From an uncultured Bacilli bacterium (GTDB taxonomy: Bacteria; Bacillota_I; Bacilli_A; RF39; UBA660): DNA of 64,000 nt. Positions 38,223 to 47,812 of the stretch are shown here, in pieces. Position numbers and translations under genes: made by a program. The notes below the pieces were generated by a model. It saw nothing but the letters and a program-made list of their open reading frames with translations, was not told where the DNA came from and did no database searches. The stretch is from positions 6,441 through 70,440 of the forward strand of contig CALVXO010000005.1 of assembly GCA_944371325.1 (NCBI GenBank). Reading direction: 5' to 3'. Numbering within the stretch: position 1 is the first letter of the stretch; every line of letters starts with the position of its first letter.

Positions 38223-39536
38223 TTATAATTTTTTAATATATTTTTTTACTACTTCTTTATCATCAAAATGATGTTTTACTCCATTTATAATTTGATAATC
38301 TTCATGCCCTTTTCCAAGCACTAATAGTATATCATTTTTTTCTAATATTTGTATACCCTTTATGATTGCTTTTTCTCTATTTAAAATAATTTCGTAATTA
38401 AATTTGTCAAGATTATGTAACATATCACTAATAATATTATTTGGGTTTTCATATCTTGGATTATCGTTAGTAAAAATTACATAATCACTATTAGAACAAG
38501 CTATATTACTCATAATTGGTCGTTTAAATCTATCCCGATCACCACCACAACCTATTATAGTTATTATTTTATTAAAATCTAATTCTTTAACAGAATCTAT
38601 AATTTTACTTACAGCATCAGGTGTATGAGCATAATCAATTACAATTAAATTATCATTAAAATATACAATATCCATTCTACCCGGAGGACATGATAATTCT
38701 TCTATTACCTTTGTATCCAATTTTAATTCAGTTAATAACGCTATTACAACTAATAAGTTATATATATTATGTTTCCCAATTAAATTAGTTTTATAAGTTA
38801 TATCATTAACTTTAAAAGTTCTTTCTTTAAGATTTATATCACTTAATTTATAATCGCCATTTAATCCATAAGTTACAGTATTATCTCTAATAAAATAATC
38901 TTTATATTTATCATCACTATTAACAAATGTTTTAATAGTTACTTTATCAAATAATTTTTGTTTAGCTTTTATATAGTTTTCTAAAGATTTGTGATAATCT
39001 AAATGATCTTGAGTTAAGTTAGAAAAAATCCCATATTTAAATTCTAGCTTATCTAATCTATGCATATCTAATGCATGACTACTACATTCCATTACAACAA
39101 ATTCATAATCATTATCTACACATTCTAATAATAATTCATAGATTTCTAATATATCAGGAGTAGTATTATTTAAAGATTTAATTTTTTTATCTAAATAAAA
39201 ACCAATCGTTCCAATATAAGCACATTTTATACCTAATTTATTTAAGGCTTGATAAATTAAAAAGCAAGTTGTTGTTTTTCCATTAGTTCCCGTCATACCA
39301 ATTAATTTTAGGTCTTTTATTTTATCATAATAATTATCATATAAAAAATTTACCAAATATTCATGAGTATCTTTAACTTTTATCGTTTCAACTTCATAAT
39401 CACCTTCTTCTACTACTACTTTACTAGCCCCATTTTTTATAGCATCCAACACATACTTATGCCCATCATTTACTTTTTTTAAGGCTACAAATATATCACC
39501 TTTATTTACTTTTCTTGAATCATCTTTTATATTCAT
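38223..39536 (-). CDS. murE: UDP-N-acetylmuramoyl-L-alanyl-D-glutamate--2,6-diaminopimelate ligase (MurE), DNPR-type
   Basis: Mur ligase P-loop MTGTNGKTTT. The DNPR motif (FTNDNPRYENP) is the one associated with meso-DAP-adding MurE. Sits directly upstream of mraY, as in dcw clusters. The ATG at 39534-39536 follows SD AGGTGAT. Confidence 0.85.
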   Translation of the reverse strand: MNIKDDSRKVNKGDIFVALKKVNDGHKYVLDAIKNGASKVVVEEGDYEVETIKVKDTHEYLVNFLYDNYYDKIKDLKLIGMTGTNGKTTTCFLIYQALNKLGIKCAYIGTIGFYLDKKIKSLNNTTPDILEIYELLLECVDNDYEFVVMECSSHALDMHRLDKLEFKYGIFSNLTQDHLDYHKSLENYIKAKQKLFDKVTIKTFVNSDDKYKDYFIRDNTVTYGLNGDYKLSDINLKERTFKVNDITYKTNLIGKHNIYNLLVVIALLTELKLDTKVIEELSCPPGRMDIVYFNDNLIVIDYAHTPDAVSKIIDSVKELDFNKIITIIGCGGDRDRFKRPIMSNIACSNSDYVIFTNDNPRYENPNNIISDMLHNLDKFNYEIILNREKAIIKGIQILEKNDILLVLGKGHEDYQIINGVKHHFDDKEVVKKYIKKL

Positions 39537-39603
39537 TTTAATCACCTAATATAGTCTATTCAATTAATGGAAAAGTGTGGTAAAATATAAATGGTGAATA
39601 AAA

Positions 39604-41331
39604 ATGAAAAAGCTTTTATTACTTTTATTATTGATTCCTTTTAAAATTAATGCTTTAGAACAAGCAATAGTAGATATTAATGAATTAAATATATATGAAA
39701 TACAAGAATATGTTGATAAAGGTTATTTAACTTATGAAAAGATAGTCAAATTATATTTAGATCGAATTAATGAATATAATGAACAATATAATGCGTTAAT
39801 TACGATTAATGAAAATGCTTTAGAAGAAGCTAAAAAATTAGATATAGAATATCAAGAAAAAGGAAGAAGAAATTTAATATTCGGATTACCTGTTATCGTT
39901 AAAGATAATATTGATGTTAAAGGACTTCCTACAACTAATGGAACTAAAGCTTTATTAGATTCTTATCCATATGAAAATAGTTATGCTGTTCAAAAATTAA
40001 TTGATAATGGTGCAATTATAATTGGAAAAGCTAATATGGATGAATTTGCTTTTAATGCATCATACACTCATAGTAGTTTTGGATATACTTATAATGCTTT
40101 TAATACAGATTATTCATCTTATGGTTCATCAGGAGGAAGTGCGGTTTCTGTAGCTAGTAATTTAGCAGTCTATGCCCTAGGAACTGATACTGGTAGTTCA
40201 ATTAGAGTACCTAGTAGTGCCAATGGGGTTGTAGGATTAAGACCATCATTTGACTTAATAAATACTAAAGGTGTAATTAAATTTGAAGAAACAAGAGATG
40301 TCGTTGGTGTTATAACAAAATATGTAAGTGATAATGCAATTGTTTTAGATATTTTAGATGATAAAGATATTAAATATGAAGATTATTTAAATAAAGATTT
40401 AAATGGTATTAAAATAGCAGTTGTCAAAAGTTTTATGAATCCTAATACTAATAATACTAGTGTTACTTATGGTAAAACTGATAAATTTGTTTATGATATG
40501 ATAAATGATGCTATCGAAGATTTAAAAGAATTGGGTGCTGAAATAATATATATTGATAATTTTCCTTTAACTTATAAATTTGATGCAAATACAATGTGTT
40601 ATAACTTTAATGAATATATTAAAGGAACATCAAGTAAAATTAAAAGTTTAGATGATTTAATTAAAAATGGTGGGTATACACAATATATTGATGGATATAA
40701 TGGATATTATTGTGATAATGATTATAAGCAAACTAGTAGTTATAAAAATTATATAAATATACGTAATAATAATATTAAAACTGCAAATAATAGATTTGAA
40801 AATTATGACGCTATTATTTACCCTACTTTAAAAACTGAATTAATGACTAATGAAGAAGCAAAGTATGGTCAAATATATACCCCAAGCTCTAGTACAGCGC
40901 CTTTAATTGGTTATCCAGCTATTAGTGTACCAATGGGATATTATGATGACTTACCATACGGTATGGAGATAATGAGTCAAAATGAAACAACTTTATACCA
41001 AATAGCTAGTGCATATGAAAATATAACTAATTATTATAAAACACCTAGTATTGCCCCATCTTTATATGAAATACCTGCTGAAATGAATAATTTAATTGAA
41101 GTTTATAATAATTATAAAGATAATGATGATTATAATACAATTAATAATAAAGTTAAAAATTATTTTATTAACTTTGATGGAAATGTAGAAAATATAAATA
41201 ATTTAATTAATGAATATGAAAATTTTGAAGTGGTTAAATCTAAAGAACCAAAAATAAATAATAATAATTATGTAATTGTTTTTCTTGCTAGTGTATGTGC
41301 TATAATAATAATTAAGAAGGTGAAAAAATGA
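39604..41331 (+). CDS. amidase-signature (AS) family amidase with signal peptide and C-terminal membrane anchor
   Basis: AS motifs KDNIDVKG (catalytic Lys), GSSGGSAVSVA and GTDTGSSIRVPS. N-terminal MKKLLLLLLLIPFKINA. C-terminal YVIVFLASVCAIIIIKKVKK. Confidence 0.85.
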   Translation: MKKLLLLLLLIPFKINALEQAIVDINELNIYEIQEYVDKGYLTYEKIVKLYLDRINEYNEQYNALITINENALEEAKKLDIEYQEKGRRNLIFGLPVIVKDNIDVKGLPTTNGTKALLDSYPYENSYAVQKLIDNGAIIIGKANMDEFAFNASYTHSSFGYTYNAFNTDYSSYGSSGGSAVSVASNLAVYALGTDTGSSIRVPSSANGVVGLRPSFDLINTKGVIKFEETRDVVGVITKYVSDNAIVLDILDDKDIKYEDYLNKDLNGIKIAVVKSFMNPNTNNTSVTYGKTDKFVYDMINDAIEDLKELGAEIIYIDNFPLTYKFDANTMCYNFNEYIKGTSSKIKSLDDLIKNGGYTQYIDGYNGYYCDNDYKQTSSYKNYINIRNNNIKTANNRFENYDAIIYPTLKTELMTNEEAKYGQIYTPSSSTAPLIGYPAISVPMGYYDDLPYGMEIMSQNETTLYQIASAYENITNYYKTPSIAPSLYEIPAEMNNLIEVYNNYKDNDDYNTINNKVKNYFINFDGNVENINNLINEYENFEVVKSKEPKINNNNYVIVFLASVCAIIIIKKVKK

Positions 41332-42734
41332 AATTAAATAAATTAATAAAATGTGATTATGATATAGATATAACTGGTATTAAAACTAGTTCAGTAAATG
41401 TTAAAAAAGGAGATTTATTTATTTGTATTGATACAAAAACAATGGATAGACACCTATTTATTGATGATGCTATTAATAAAGGTGCTAGTGCTATTATTGT
41501 TAGTAAAGATGTTGAAAATAAAAAAGTTCCCGTTATTAAAGTTGATAATCCAAATGAAACTTATGTTGATATTATAAATAAATTTTATGACTACCCTACT
41601 AAAAAATTAAATATGATAGGAGTAACTGGTACCGATGGTAAAACAACTGTGGCAACAATTATTTATGAATTATTATCTAACTGTGCTTATATTGGAACAA
41701 ATGGAATCAATTACAATGATTTTAAAGAAAAAACAAGTAATACAACCCCTGGATTAGACAAAACAATGCCATTATTTTATGATATGGTTAAAAATAATAT
41801 TAAAACAGTTAGCATGGAAGTATCTAGTGAAGCTCTTTATTATAATAGAGTCGATGGTATTAAATTTAATTGTAGTATACTAACTAACATTACTAAAGAA
41901 CATTTAAATACTCATAAAACTTTAGAAAATTATATTAATTGTAAATGTAAATTATTTGATAATACTATAGGCCCTTGTATTTTAAATAAAGATGATGAAC
42001 ATTTTAATGAAGTATCTAAACATTGCAAAAAAATACATACCTATGGTAAAGATAGTAATAATGATTTATATTTTAAAGATGTCAAATTAGATATTGATAA
42101 AACAACATTTACTATTGTTTATCAAAATAAAGAATATAAAATAATAAGTCCTTTAATAGCTATGTTTAATGTTTATAATTTGTGTGCTGCTTTACTTGCT
42201 TTAGTTAGTTTAGGATATGATTTAAATGAATTAATAGCTAAAGTTAAAAATATTAAAGTAAGTGGTCGATTAGAAAATATTGATATGGGTCAAAATTTCA
42301 AAGTTATTGTTGATTATGCTCACACCCCTAATGGTATAAGTAAACTATTAGAATTTATTAATAGTTTAGTATTTAATAAATTAATTGTTGTCTTTTCTGA
42401 ACCAGGAGAAAGAGATAGATCTAAAAGACCTAGTAAAGGATATAATGTTATAACTAATTGTGATTATGCAATTGTAACAAGTCAAGATCCAAGAGGAGAA
42501 AATCCCATGGATATAGCTAATGATTTAGTTAGTGATGTTAAAGATTATAAAAACTATGAAATTATTTTAGATAGAAGTGAAGCAATAAAAAAAGCAATTA
42601 ATATTGCTAATAAAGATGATATTGTCTTAATTATTGGTAAAGGTAGTGAAAACTATCAAATATTAAAAGATAAAATAATTGAATTTTGTGATATTGATGA
42701 AGTTAAAAAGCATTTAAAAACTCTACTTAAATAG
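41328..42734 (+). CDS. second MurE-like Mur ligase (QDPR variant of the specificity motif)
   Basis: P-loop VTGTDGKTTV and block DYAHTPNG. Reads SQDPRGENP where MurE has DNPR. The start overlaps the amidase stop (ATGA), which indicates translational coupling. Confidence 0.8.
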   Translation: MKLNKLIKCDYDIDITGIKTSSVNVKKGDLFICIDTKTMDRHLFIDDAINKGASAIIVSKDVENKKVPVIKVDNPNETYVDIINKFYDYPTKKLNMIGVTGTDGKTTVATIIYELLSNCAYIGTNGINYNDFKEKTSNTTPGLDKTMPLFYDMVKNNIKTVSMEVSSEALYYNRVDGIKFNCSILTNITKEHLNTHKTLENYINCKCKLFDNTIGPCILNKDDEHFNEVSKHCKKIHTYGKDSNNDLYFKDVKLDIDKTTFTIVYQNKEYKIISPLIAMFNVYNLCAALLALVSLGYDLNELIAKVKNIKVSGRLENIDMGQNFKVIVDYAHTPNGISKLLEFINSLVFNKLIVVFSEPGERDRSKRPSKGYNVITNCDYAIVTSQDPRGENPMDIANDLVSDVKDYKNYEIILDRSEAIKKAINIANKDDIVLIIGKGSENYQILKDKIIEFCDIDEVKKHLKTLLK

Positions 42735-42741
42735 AGTTTTT
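42716..42741. terminator. bidirectional terminator between murE2 and the Fic-like gene
   Basis: A perfect 10-bp stem, AAAAACTCTA with TAGAGTTTTT, has loop CTTAAA. T-runs follow. Confidence 0.6.
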
Positions 42742-43543
42742 ATTTTTTTATTAAATGTTTTGGATTTTCTGGTTTTAATTCTGAAGAAATATCTAAATCA
42801 TAAATTGAATCACATATTTTATAATAATAAAATTGATTTAATGATGTATAATCTCTTTTCTTCATTGCTTTCATTAATGCATCTTTATATTCAGCTCTTT
42901 CTTTTGTTTTAACGTAAACTGGAGGTAAGTTATATTGTTTAAACATTAAGTTTAATAATGCTCTAAAAGTACGCTTATTTCCATCGTTAAATGGTTGAAC
43001 TTTTATTAATTCAGTTGTTATATAAATACAAGTATTAATATAATCAAAAATTGAAACTGAATTAGAAAAATCTACTTCTGGTAATTTTTTACCAATAAAT
43101 GATTGAAAAAATCTTTTTGCTTCAGCTGCTGGTGGAATTTCAACTTTTTCATTGTTTAAAATAACACTACCATCTCTTAAATTTCCCCCAAATTCAGGAT
43201 GCGGACATTCTGAATATAACATCATATGTATTTTTATAGCCTCAATAAAAATATCAAATTTTTGTTTATTAAAATCATAATCTTTTATATAATCATATAC
43301 TTTTGCTAGTCCTTTTCGCTCTTCATCAGATAAAGTTTCATCTATTCTACTTTCATTATATAAATAATTTCTTTTAAAATTATTATAAATAATATTAAAT
43401 TGTGGTTCTTCATTAGATTGATAATACATAGATATTATTTGTTCTGGAATTGTACTATCTTTTTGATATAATCTGTGTTCACTTTTTCTTTTTAAATAAC
43501 CTTCAAATATTAAAACTATCAAATCACGTAAACTATTTTCCAT
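42740..43543 (-). CDS. Fic/DOC-family protein with Gln in place of the catalytic His
   Basis: VQPFNDGNKRTFRALLNL matches the Fic motif HPFx(D/E)GN(G/K)R except for H to Q. SD is AGAGGGGGA. Confidence 0.65.
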   Translation of the reverse strand: MENSLRDLIVLIFEGYLKRKSEHRLYQKDSTIPEQIISMYYQSNEEPQFNIIYNNFKRNYLYNESRIDETLSDEERKGLAKVYDYIKDYDFNKQKFDIFIEAIKIHMMLYSECPHPEFGGNLRDGSVILNNEKVEIPPAAEAKRFFQSFIGKKLPEVDFSNSVSIFDYINTCIYITTELIKVQPFNDGNKRTFRALLNLMFKQYNLPPVYVKTKERAEYKDALMKAMKKRDYTSLNQFYYYKICDSIYDLDISSELKPENPKHLIKK

Positions 43544-43628
43544 ATATAATCCCCCTCTTTTTTATTAGTGAGTATTATATTCTAATTAAATGAATTTGTC
43601 AAATTGTAAAAAAAAAGCAAAATTGCTT

Positions 43629-45221
43629 TTATTTTTCATTAAATATATCTGGTAAATCATTTTCTAATAAAATATATGTTTCTTTACCTTTAAAATAAGT
43701 TTGAGCTATATTTATTGCTTCTTTAACATCATTTACAATAATTAATTTATCTTTATCAAATTTAGAATCCTTAATTCCATTTTGAATTGGTTTAGTTTGA
43801 TTTGCTCCGACTAAAATAGCTAAATCAACACTATCTGCTATAAATTTACCAAAATTATAATTTACTTCATATTGTTTATCGCCCATTTCAATCATTCCTG
43901 GAGTAATAACTATCTTCTTACCAGGCATTAATTTTAAAACATCTAAAGCCATTTTAGATCCAACTGGATTAGAATTATAAGCATCATCAATATAAGTAAT
44001 GTTACCATATTTTTTCATTTGTAATCTATGTTCAATCGGTTTAATTTGTAGTACTCCTTTTTGTAATTCTAAAATATTTAGGCCTAATTCTTTACTAACA
44101 GCAATACCTGCTAAAATGTTATATACGTTTGCTTCACCTAACAATTTAGTAGTAAATTCATAAGATTTATTATCTCCTTTAAAATGGACATTAAAACTCA
44201 TTCCTTTATTTGAATATTTAATATCAGTAGCATAAACATCTGCTTTATTAGATAATCCATACCAAACAATTTTTATATTATTTTTTAATTTATAATTTAC
44301 TTGTAATTCATCGTCGATATTTAAAAAGCCAACACCATCTTTAGGTAAACTTTCTATCAATTCAAATTTTGCTTTAGTTGTATTTTCTATAGAACCAAAT
44401 GTATCTAGATGAGCAGTCCCAATTTTAGTTAAAACACCATATGTTGGTTTAACAATACTAGCGCGTGATTTAATATCTCCTCTTCTAAATGCACCTAATT
44501 CTGCAATAAAATAATCATTATATTTATCAATATATTCATTAATTGTTCTAATTAAACCATAATTAGTATTAAAATTTTGAGGAGTTGGAAAAGCTATATA
44601 TCTAACATTTAATATATCACTTATAATATTTTTAGTGCTTGTTTTACCATAACTACCTGTTACAGCAATAACTTTCATATGTGATAATGATTTTAATTTT
44701 TTATTTGCTTTACTTTTATAATATAAATATACTAATTTTTCAATTGGTTTATTTATTATATTAGCTAAATAAACTATATAATAATTAAAATAAATTAAAC
44801 TTCCTATGACAAAATAATATAAATATACATTTTTAGAATAGAATGTTAAAAATATAGTTACAATTGGAATACAATATATAATAAAAATAGTAACACACAT
44901 TCTTTTAATTCTACTAGTAAAAGCAAGTGGTTTTTTTACTTGTTCATTTTTATATCTATTATGTAACATTAATGATATTATTAAGTAATAAATAATTACA
45001 ATAATACTTAACAAATTATTATTTATAAAAAATCCTAATAATACAATAAATATATATAAATAATCAAACCATAAAAATACAAAACTACTATTGTTTTCTA
45101 TCCATTTTAAGTATCTATTACCATCGTTATACCAATTTTGTTGTAACATATGAAAAGACTTTTTTAAATCTAAGCATATATATATAAACATACTTAATAA
45201 TGAAATAATGAATAAAGTCAT
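43629..45221 (-). CDS. MurF-like Mur ligase fused to an N-terminal ~170-aa polytopic membrane domain
   Basis: About five TM helices, then VTGSYGKTSTKN, NTNYGLIRTI, ELGAFRRGDI and LTKIGTAHLDTFGS, collinear with MurF. SD is AAGGAGG. Confidence 0.75.
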   Translation of the reverse strand: MTLFIISLLSMFIYICLDLKKSFHMLQQNWYNDGNRYLKWIENNSSFVFLWFDYLYIFIVLLGFFINNNLLSIIVIIYYLIISLMLHNRYKNEQVKKPLAFTSRIKRMCVTIFIIYCIPIVTIFLTFYSKNVYLYYFVIGSLIYFNYYIVYLANIINKPIEKLVYLYYKSKANKKLKSLSHMKVIAVTGSYGKTSTKNIISDILNVRYIAFPTPQNFNTNYGLIRTINEYIDKYNDYFIAELGAFRRGDIKSRASIVKPTYGVLTKIGTAHLDTFGSIENTTKAKFELIESLPKDGVGFLNIDDELQVNYKLKNNIKIVWYGLSNKADVYATDIKYSNKGMSFNVHFKGDNKSYEFTTKLLGEANVYNILAGIAVSKELGLNILELQKGVLQIKPIEHRLQMKKYGNITYIDDAYNSNPVGSKMALDVLKLMPGKKIVITPGMIEMGDKQYEVNYNFGKFIADSVDLAILVGANQTKPIQNGIKDSKFDKDKLIIVNDVKEAINIAQTYFKGKETYILLENDLPDIFNEK

Positions 45222-45232
45222 ACTTTTCCTCC

Positions 45233-45730
45233 TTAAAACATATCTATTACTTTATCTAATCTATCAATAACAGGAAAACCTTTATCTTTAGTTAAATCTC
45301 TTGAAAATTGAATTCCAATACCACCTTCAGATGCCCATTCTTTTAAATTACCAGAATAATCATCTATTAAAATAGCATCTTTACTTAAACATATTTTAGT
45401 TTTTGATATTTCTCTTGGAACCGGGATAATTGTTACATCCTTAAAATATTTTCTAATATGATTTATTTTAGCAACTGCTTCATCTAATGAATTAACATGT
45501 GTTAAGATTGCCACATTAAATTTATTACAAGCAAATATTTTTTTTAAGCAATTAAATGCATCATTAATTATAGGTGTTAAAGTAAGTAATTGTTTCCAAT
45601 TTAAATTAGAAAAAAATTCTTTCATTTTTTCAGGATCTTTTCTATCAACTTCTAATCTATCTAACATATCGTAAGTAACTCCTATTGTATCCATTATTAC
45701 TCCATCAAAATCTATATATAAATTCTTCAT
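45233..45730 (-). CDS. HAD-superfamily hydrolase (5'(3')-deoxyribonucleotidase-like, tentative)
   Basis: HAD motif I reads LYIDFDGVIMDT and the C-terminal block ILIDDYSGNL. Size is 165 aa. Confidence 0.45.
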   Translation of the reverse strand: MKNLYIDFDGVIMDTIGVTYDMLDRLEVDRKDPEKMKEFFSNLNWKQLLTLTPIINDAFNCLKKIFACNKFNVAILTHVNSLDEAVAKINHIRKYFKDVTIIPVPREISKTKICLSKDAILIDDYSGNLKEWASEGGIGIQFSRDLTKDKGFPVIDRLDKVIDMF

Positions 45731-45751
45731 AACATCACCTATATAATTATA

Positions 45752-46459
45752 TCATATCTTAAATATTTTCGTATATTTCTTTATTATTATTAACAAAATT
45801 AAACAAATTAAAAATATACTATAATTAATTAGTAAAATATTTTTAGTTAATATTGGTAAAAATAATGTTGTAGTTATATTACTAGCCATATGTAATATAA
45901 TTGGTGCTTTAATAGTTTTATATTTTTCATAAACAAATATTAATATAAATCCTATTATTAATCCATATAGTATTTGAATTATATTAAAATGAATTATGGC
46001 AAAAAAAATAGTTGTTATTAATATTGCCTTCATATTTGAATATTTATTTTTTAATTCATTATAAATTATACCTCGAAACATTAACTCTTCTATTATTGGA
46101 CCTATTAAACCAGTTGATACTAATGTTACTATTAAATTATTATTATTATCAAATAAAGATGTTTTTAATAAAAAATTAAAATAATAAGCAAATACATTAT
46201 AAAATAAGCTTAATATAACACCTATTATAATTAAATAAAAATAATTAAATTTATTTTTTTGTTCATATTTTTTATAATCTTTTATTAATAATGGTATAAA
46301 AATAATAGCCAAAATAAGCGCCAAATAAATTTGTTTACTACTAAAATATTCATTAAATAAATTAATATCATTACCAGATGAAATATAGGTATAAGCTAAT
46401 AAAAATATTAAAACAAATTGAAATAAAAAGTAAATTATTGGCCACTTTATTATTTTCAT
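45752..46459 (-). CDS. CPBP-family (CAAX-type) intramembrane metalloprotease
   Basis: Motifs GPIIEELMFRG, FAIIHF and HMASN, in a polytopic membrane protein. Confidence 0.85.
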   Translation of the reverse strand: MKIIKWPIIYFLFQFVLIFLLAYTYISSGNDINLFNEYFSSKQIYLALILAIIFIPLLIKDYKKYEQKNKFNYFYLIIIGVILSLFYNVFAYYFNFLLKTSLFDNNNNLIVTLVSTGLIGPIIEELMFRGIIYNELKNKYSNMKAILITTIFFAIIHFNIIQILYGLIIGFILIFVYEKYKTIKAPIILHMASNITTTLFLPILTKNILLINYSIFLICLILLIIIKKYTKIFKI

Positions 46460-46503
46460 AGTATCACCACTATAATTATATAATAATTTATTTTATAAAA
46501 CAA

Positions 46504-46531
46504 TAAAAAAATTGCTAATTTTCATTAACAA
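46504..46531 (-). terminator. rho-independent terminator after rplT
   Basis: The minus strand reads UUGUUAAU-GAAA-AUUAGCAA (one G-U pair, GNRA loop) followed by UUUUUUU. Confidence 0.6.
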
Positions 46532-46532
46532 T

Positions 46533-47051
46533 TTATTTTAATGCTTCTAATAATTCAGCTTTTTTCATTGTTGAATATCCTTCAACGTTTTTTTCTTTAG
46601 CTAATTCTCTTAATTCAGCTACTGTTTTACTAGATAAATCATTTTTTACTTCTTTAGTTTCTTTTTTAGCAGTTTTAGTAGTTTTTTCTACTTTTCCTTC
46701 TAAAGCATTTTTAGCAGTATTAACTAATTCAGTAAATGCAGCTGGATTATCAATAGCTATTTCACTTAACATTTTACGATTGATATCAATTTCTGCTTTA
46801 GTTAAACCATTGATAAATTTAGAATAACTAATATCATTTTGTCTACAAGCCGCATTAATTCTTGTAATCCATAATTTACGGAAATCTCTTTTCTTTTGTT
46901 TTCTATCACGAAAAGCATATTTACCAGAATGCATTACTTGTTCATTAGCAGTACGATATAATCTATGTTTACTACCAAAGTAACCTTTAGCTTGTTTCAT
47001 TACTTTTTTATGTCTTGCACGACTAATAGTTCCACCTTTAACTCTTGCCAT
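46533..47051 (-). CDS. rplT: 50S ribosomal protein L20 with a ~53-aa C-terminal extension
   Basis: [29 protein letters not shown]...[11 protein letters not shown] is canonical L20 (~119 aa). It continues through a Lys/Thr-rich linker into [33 protein letters not shown]. Confidence 0.95.
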   Translation of the reverse strand: MARVKGGTISRARHKKVMKQAKGYFGSKHRLYRTANEQVMHSGKYAFRDRKQKKRDFRKLWITRINAACRQNDISYSKFINGLTKAEIDINRKMLSEIAIDNPAAFTELVNTAKNALEGKVEKTTKTAKKETKEVKNDLSSKTVAELRELAKEKNVEGYSTMKKAELLEALK

Positions 47052-47063
47052 AATATTACCTCC

Positions 47064-47252
47064 TTATATTAAATCCTTAATTCTTTTGTAATCACTTTTA
47101 CTTAAAGTAGATGCTGTTCTACCTACTCTATTACTTGCAGCATTTTTCTTTCCTGTGTTATGTCTTGTTCCAGGATGACCAATCTTAACTGTTCCACCTG
47201 GTCTTACTTTACATACTTTACTAGTACCCTTGTGTGTTTTCATTTTTGGCAT
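47064..47252 (-). CDS. rpmI: 50S ribosomal protein L35
   Basis: MPKMKTHKGTSKVCKVRPGG..., 62 aa, between infC and rplT. Confidence 0.95.
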   Translation of the reverse strand: MPKMKTHKGTSKVCKVRPGGTVKIGHPGTRHNTGKKNAASNRVGRTASTLSKSDYKRIKDLI

Positions 47253-47264
47253 ATATAATTCCTC

Positions 47265-47798
47265 CTATTTTTCTTTTTTTGGCCCTAATATCATAGACAT
47301 GATACGACCTTCTAATTTAGGTTGTTGTTCAATAATCGCTACACTTTCTTGTGCAGTAGCAAAGCGCATTAAAACATTTTTTCCTAATTCAGGATGAGCC
47401 ATTTCTCTTCCTTTAAATCTAATTGTTGCTTTAATCTTATGTCCTTTTTCTAAATACTTAGCACTATTTTTTACTCTTGTATTAAAATCATGAATATCAA
47501 TAGTTACAGATAAACGATATTCCTTCATTTCTAAATTTGCTTCTCTTTGTTTTTTTAAATTCTCTTTAGTTCTTTTCTTGTTTTCATATTTAAATTTGTT
47601 GTAATCCATTATTTTACATACTGGGGGATTACCATTTGGATTTATTAAAACTAAGTCGAATCCTGCATAATTAGCTAAAGTCAATGCATCCTTTATTTTT
47701 TTTGTACCTAATTGTTCTCCTTTAGGTCCGATAACCATAACTTCTTTAGCTCTAATTTGTTCATTAATTAATGAATCTCTTGATTTATTTGCGATAAT
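47265..47798 (-). CDS. infC: translation initiation factor IF-3, probable ATT start
   Basis: The INEQIRAKEVMVIGPKGEQLG pattern and both IF3 domains are present. SD GGAGG lies 5 nt before the ATT at 47796-47798. The upstream ATG used by the track (47852) lies inside the leader and terminator and has no SD. Confidence 0.9.
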   Translation of the reverse strand: MIANKSRDSLINEQIRAKEVMVIGPKGEQLGTKKIKDALTLANYAGFDLVLINPNGNPPVCKIMDYNKFKYENKKRTKENLKKQREANLEMKEYRLSVTIDIHDFNTRVKNSAKYLEKGHKIKATIRFKGREMAHPELGKNVLMRFATAQESVAIIEQQPKLEGRIMSMILGPKKEK

Positions 47799-47812
47799 TG
47801 ACACCTCCACAA

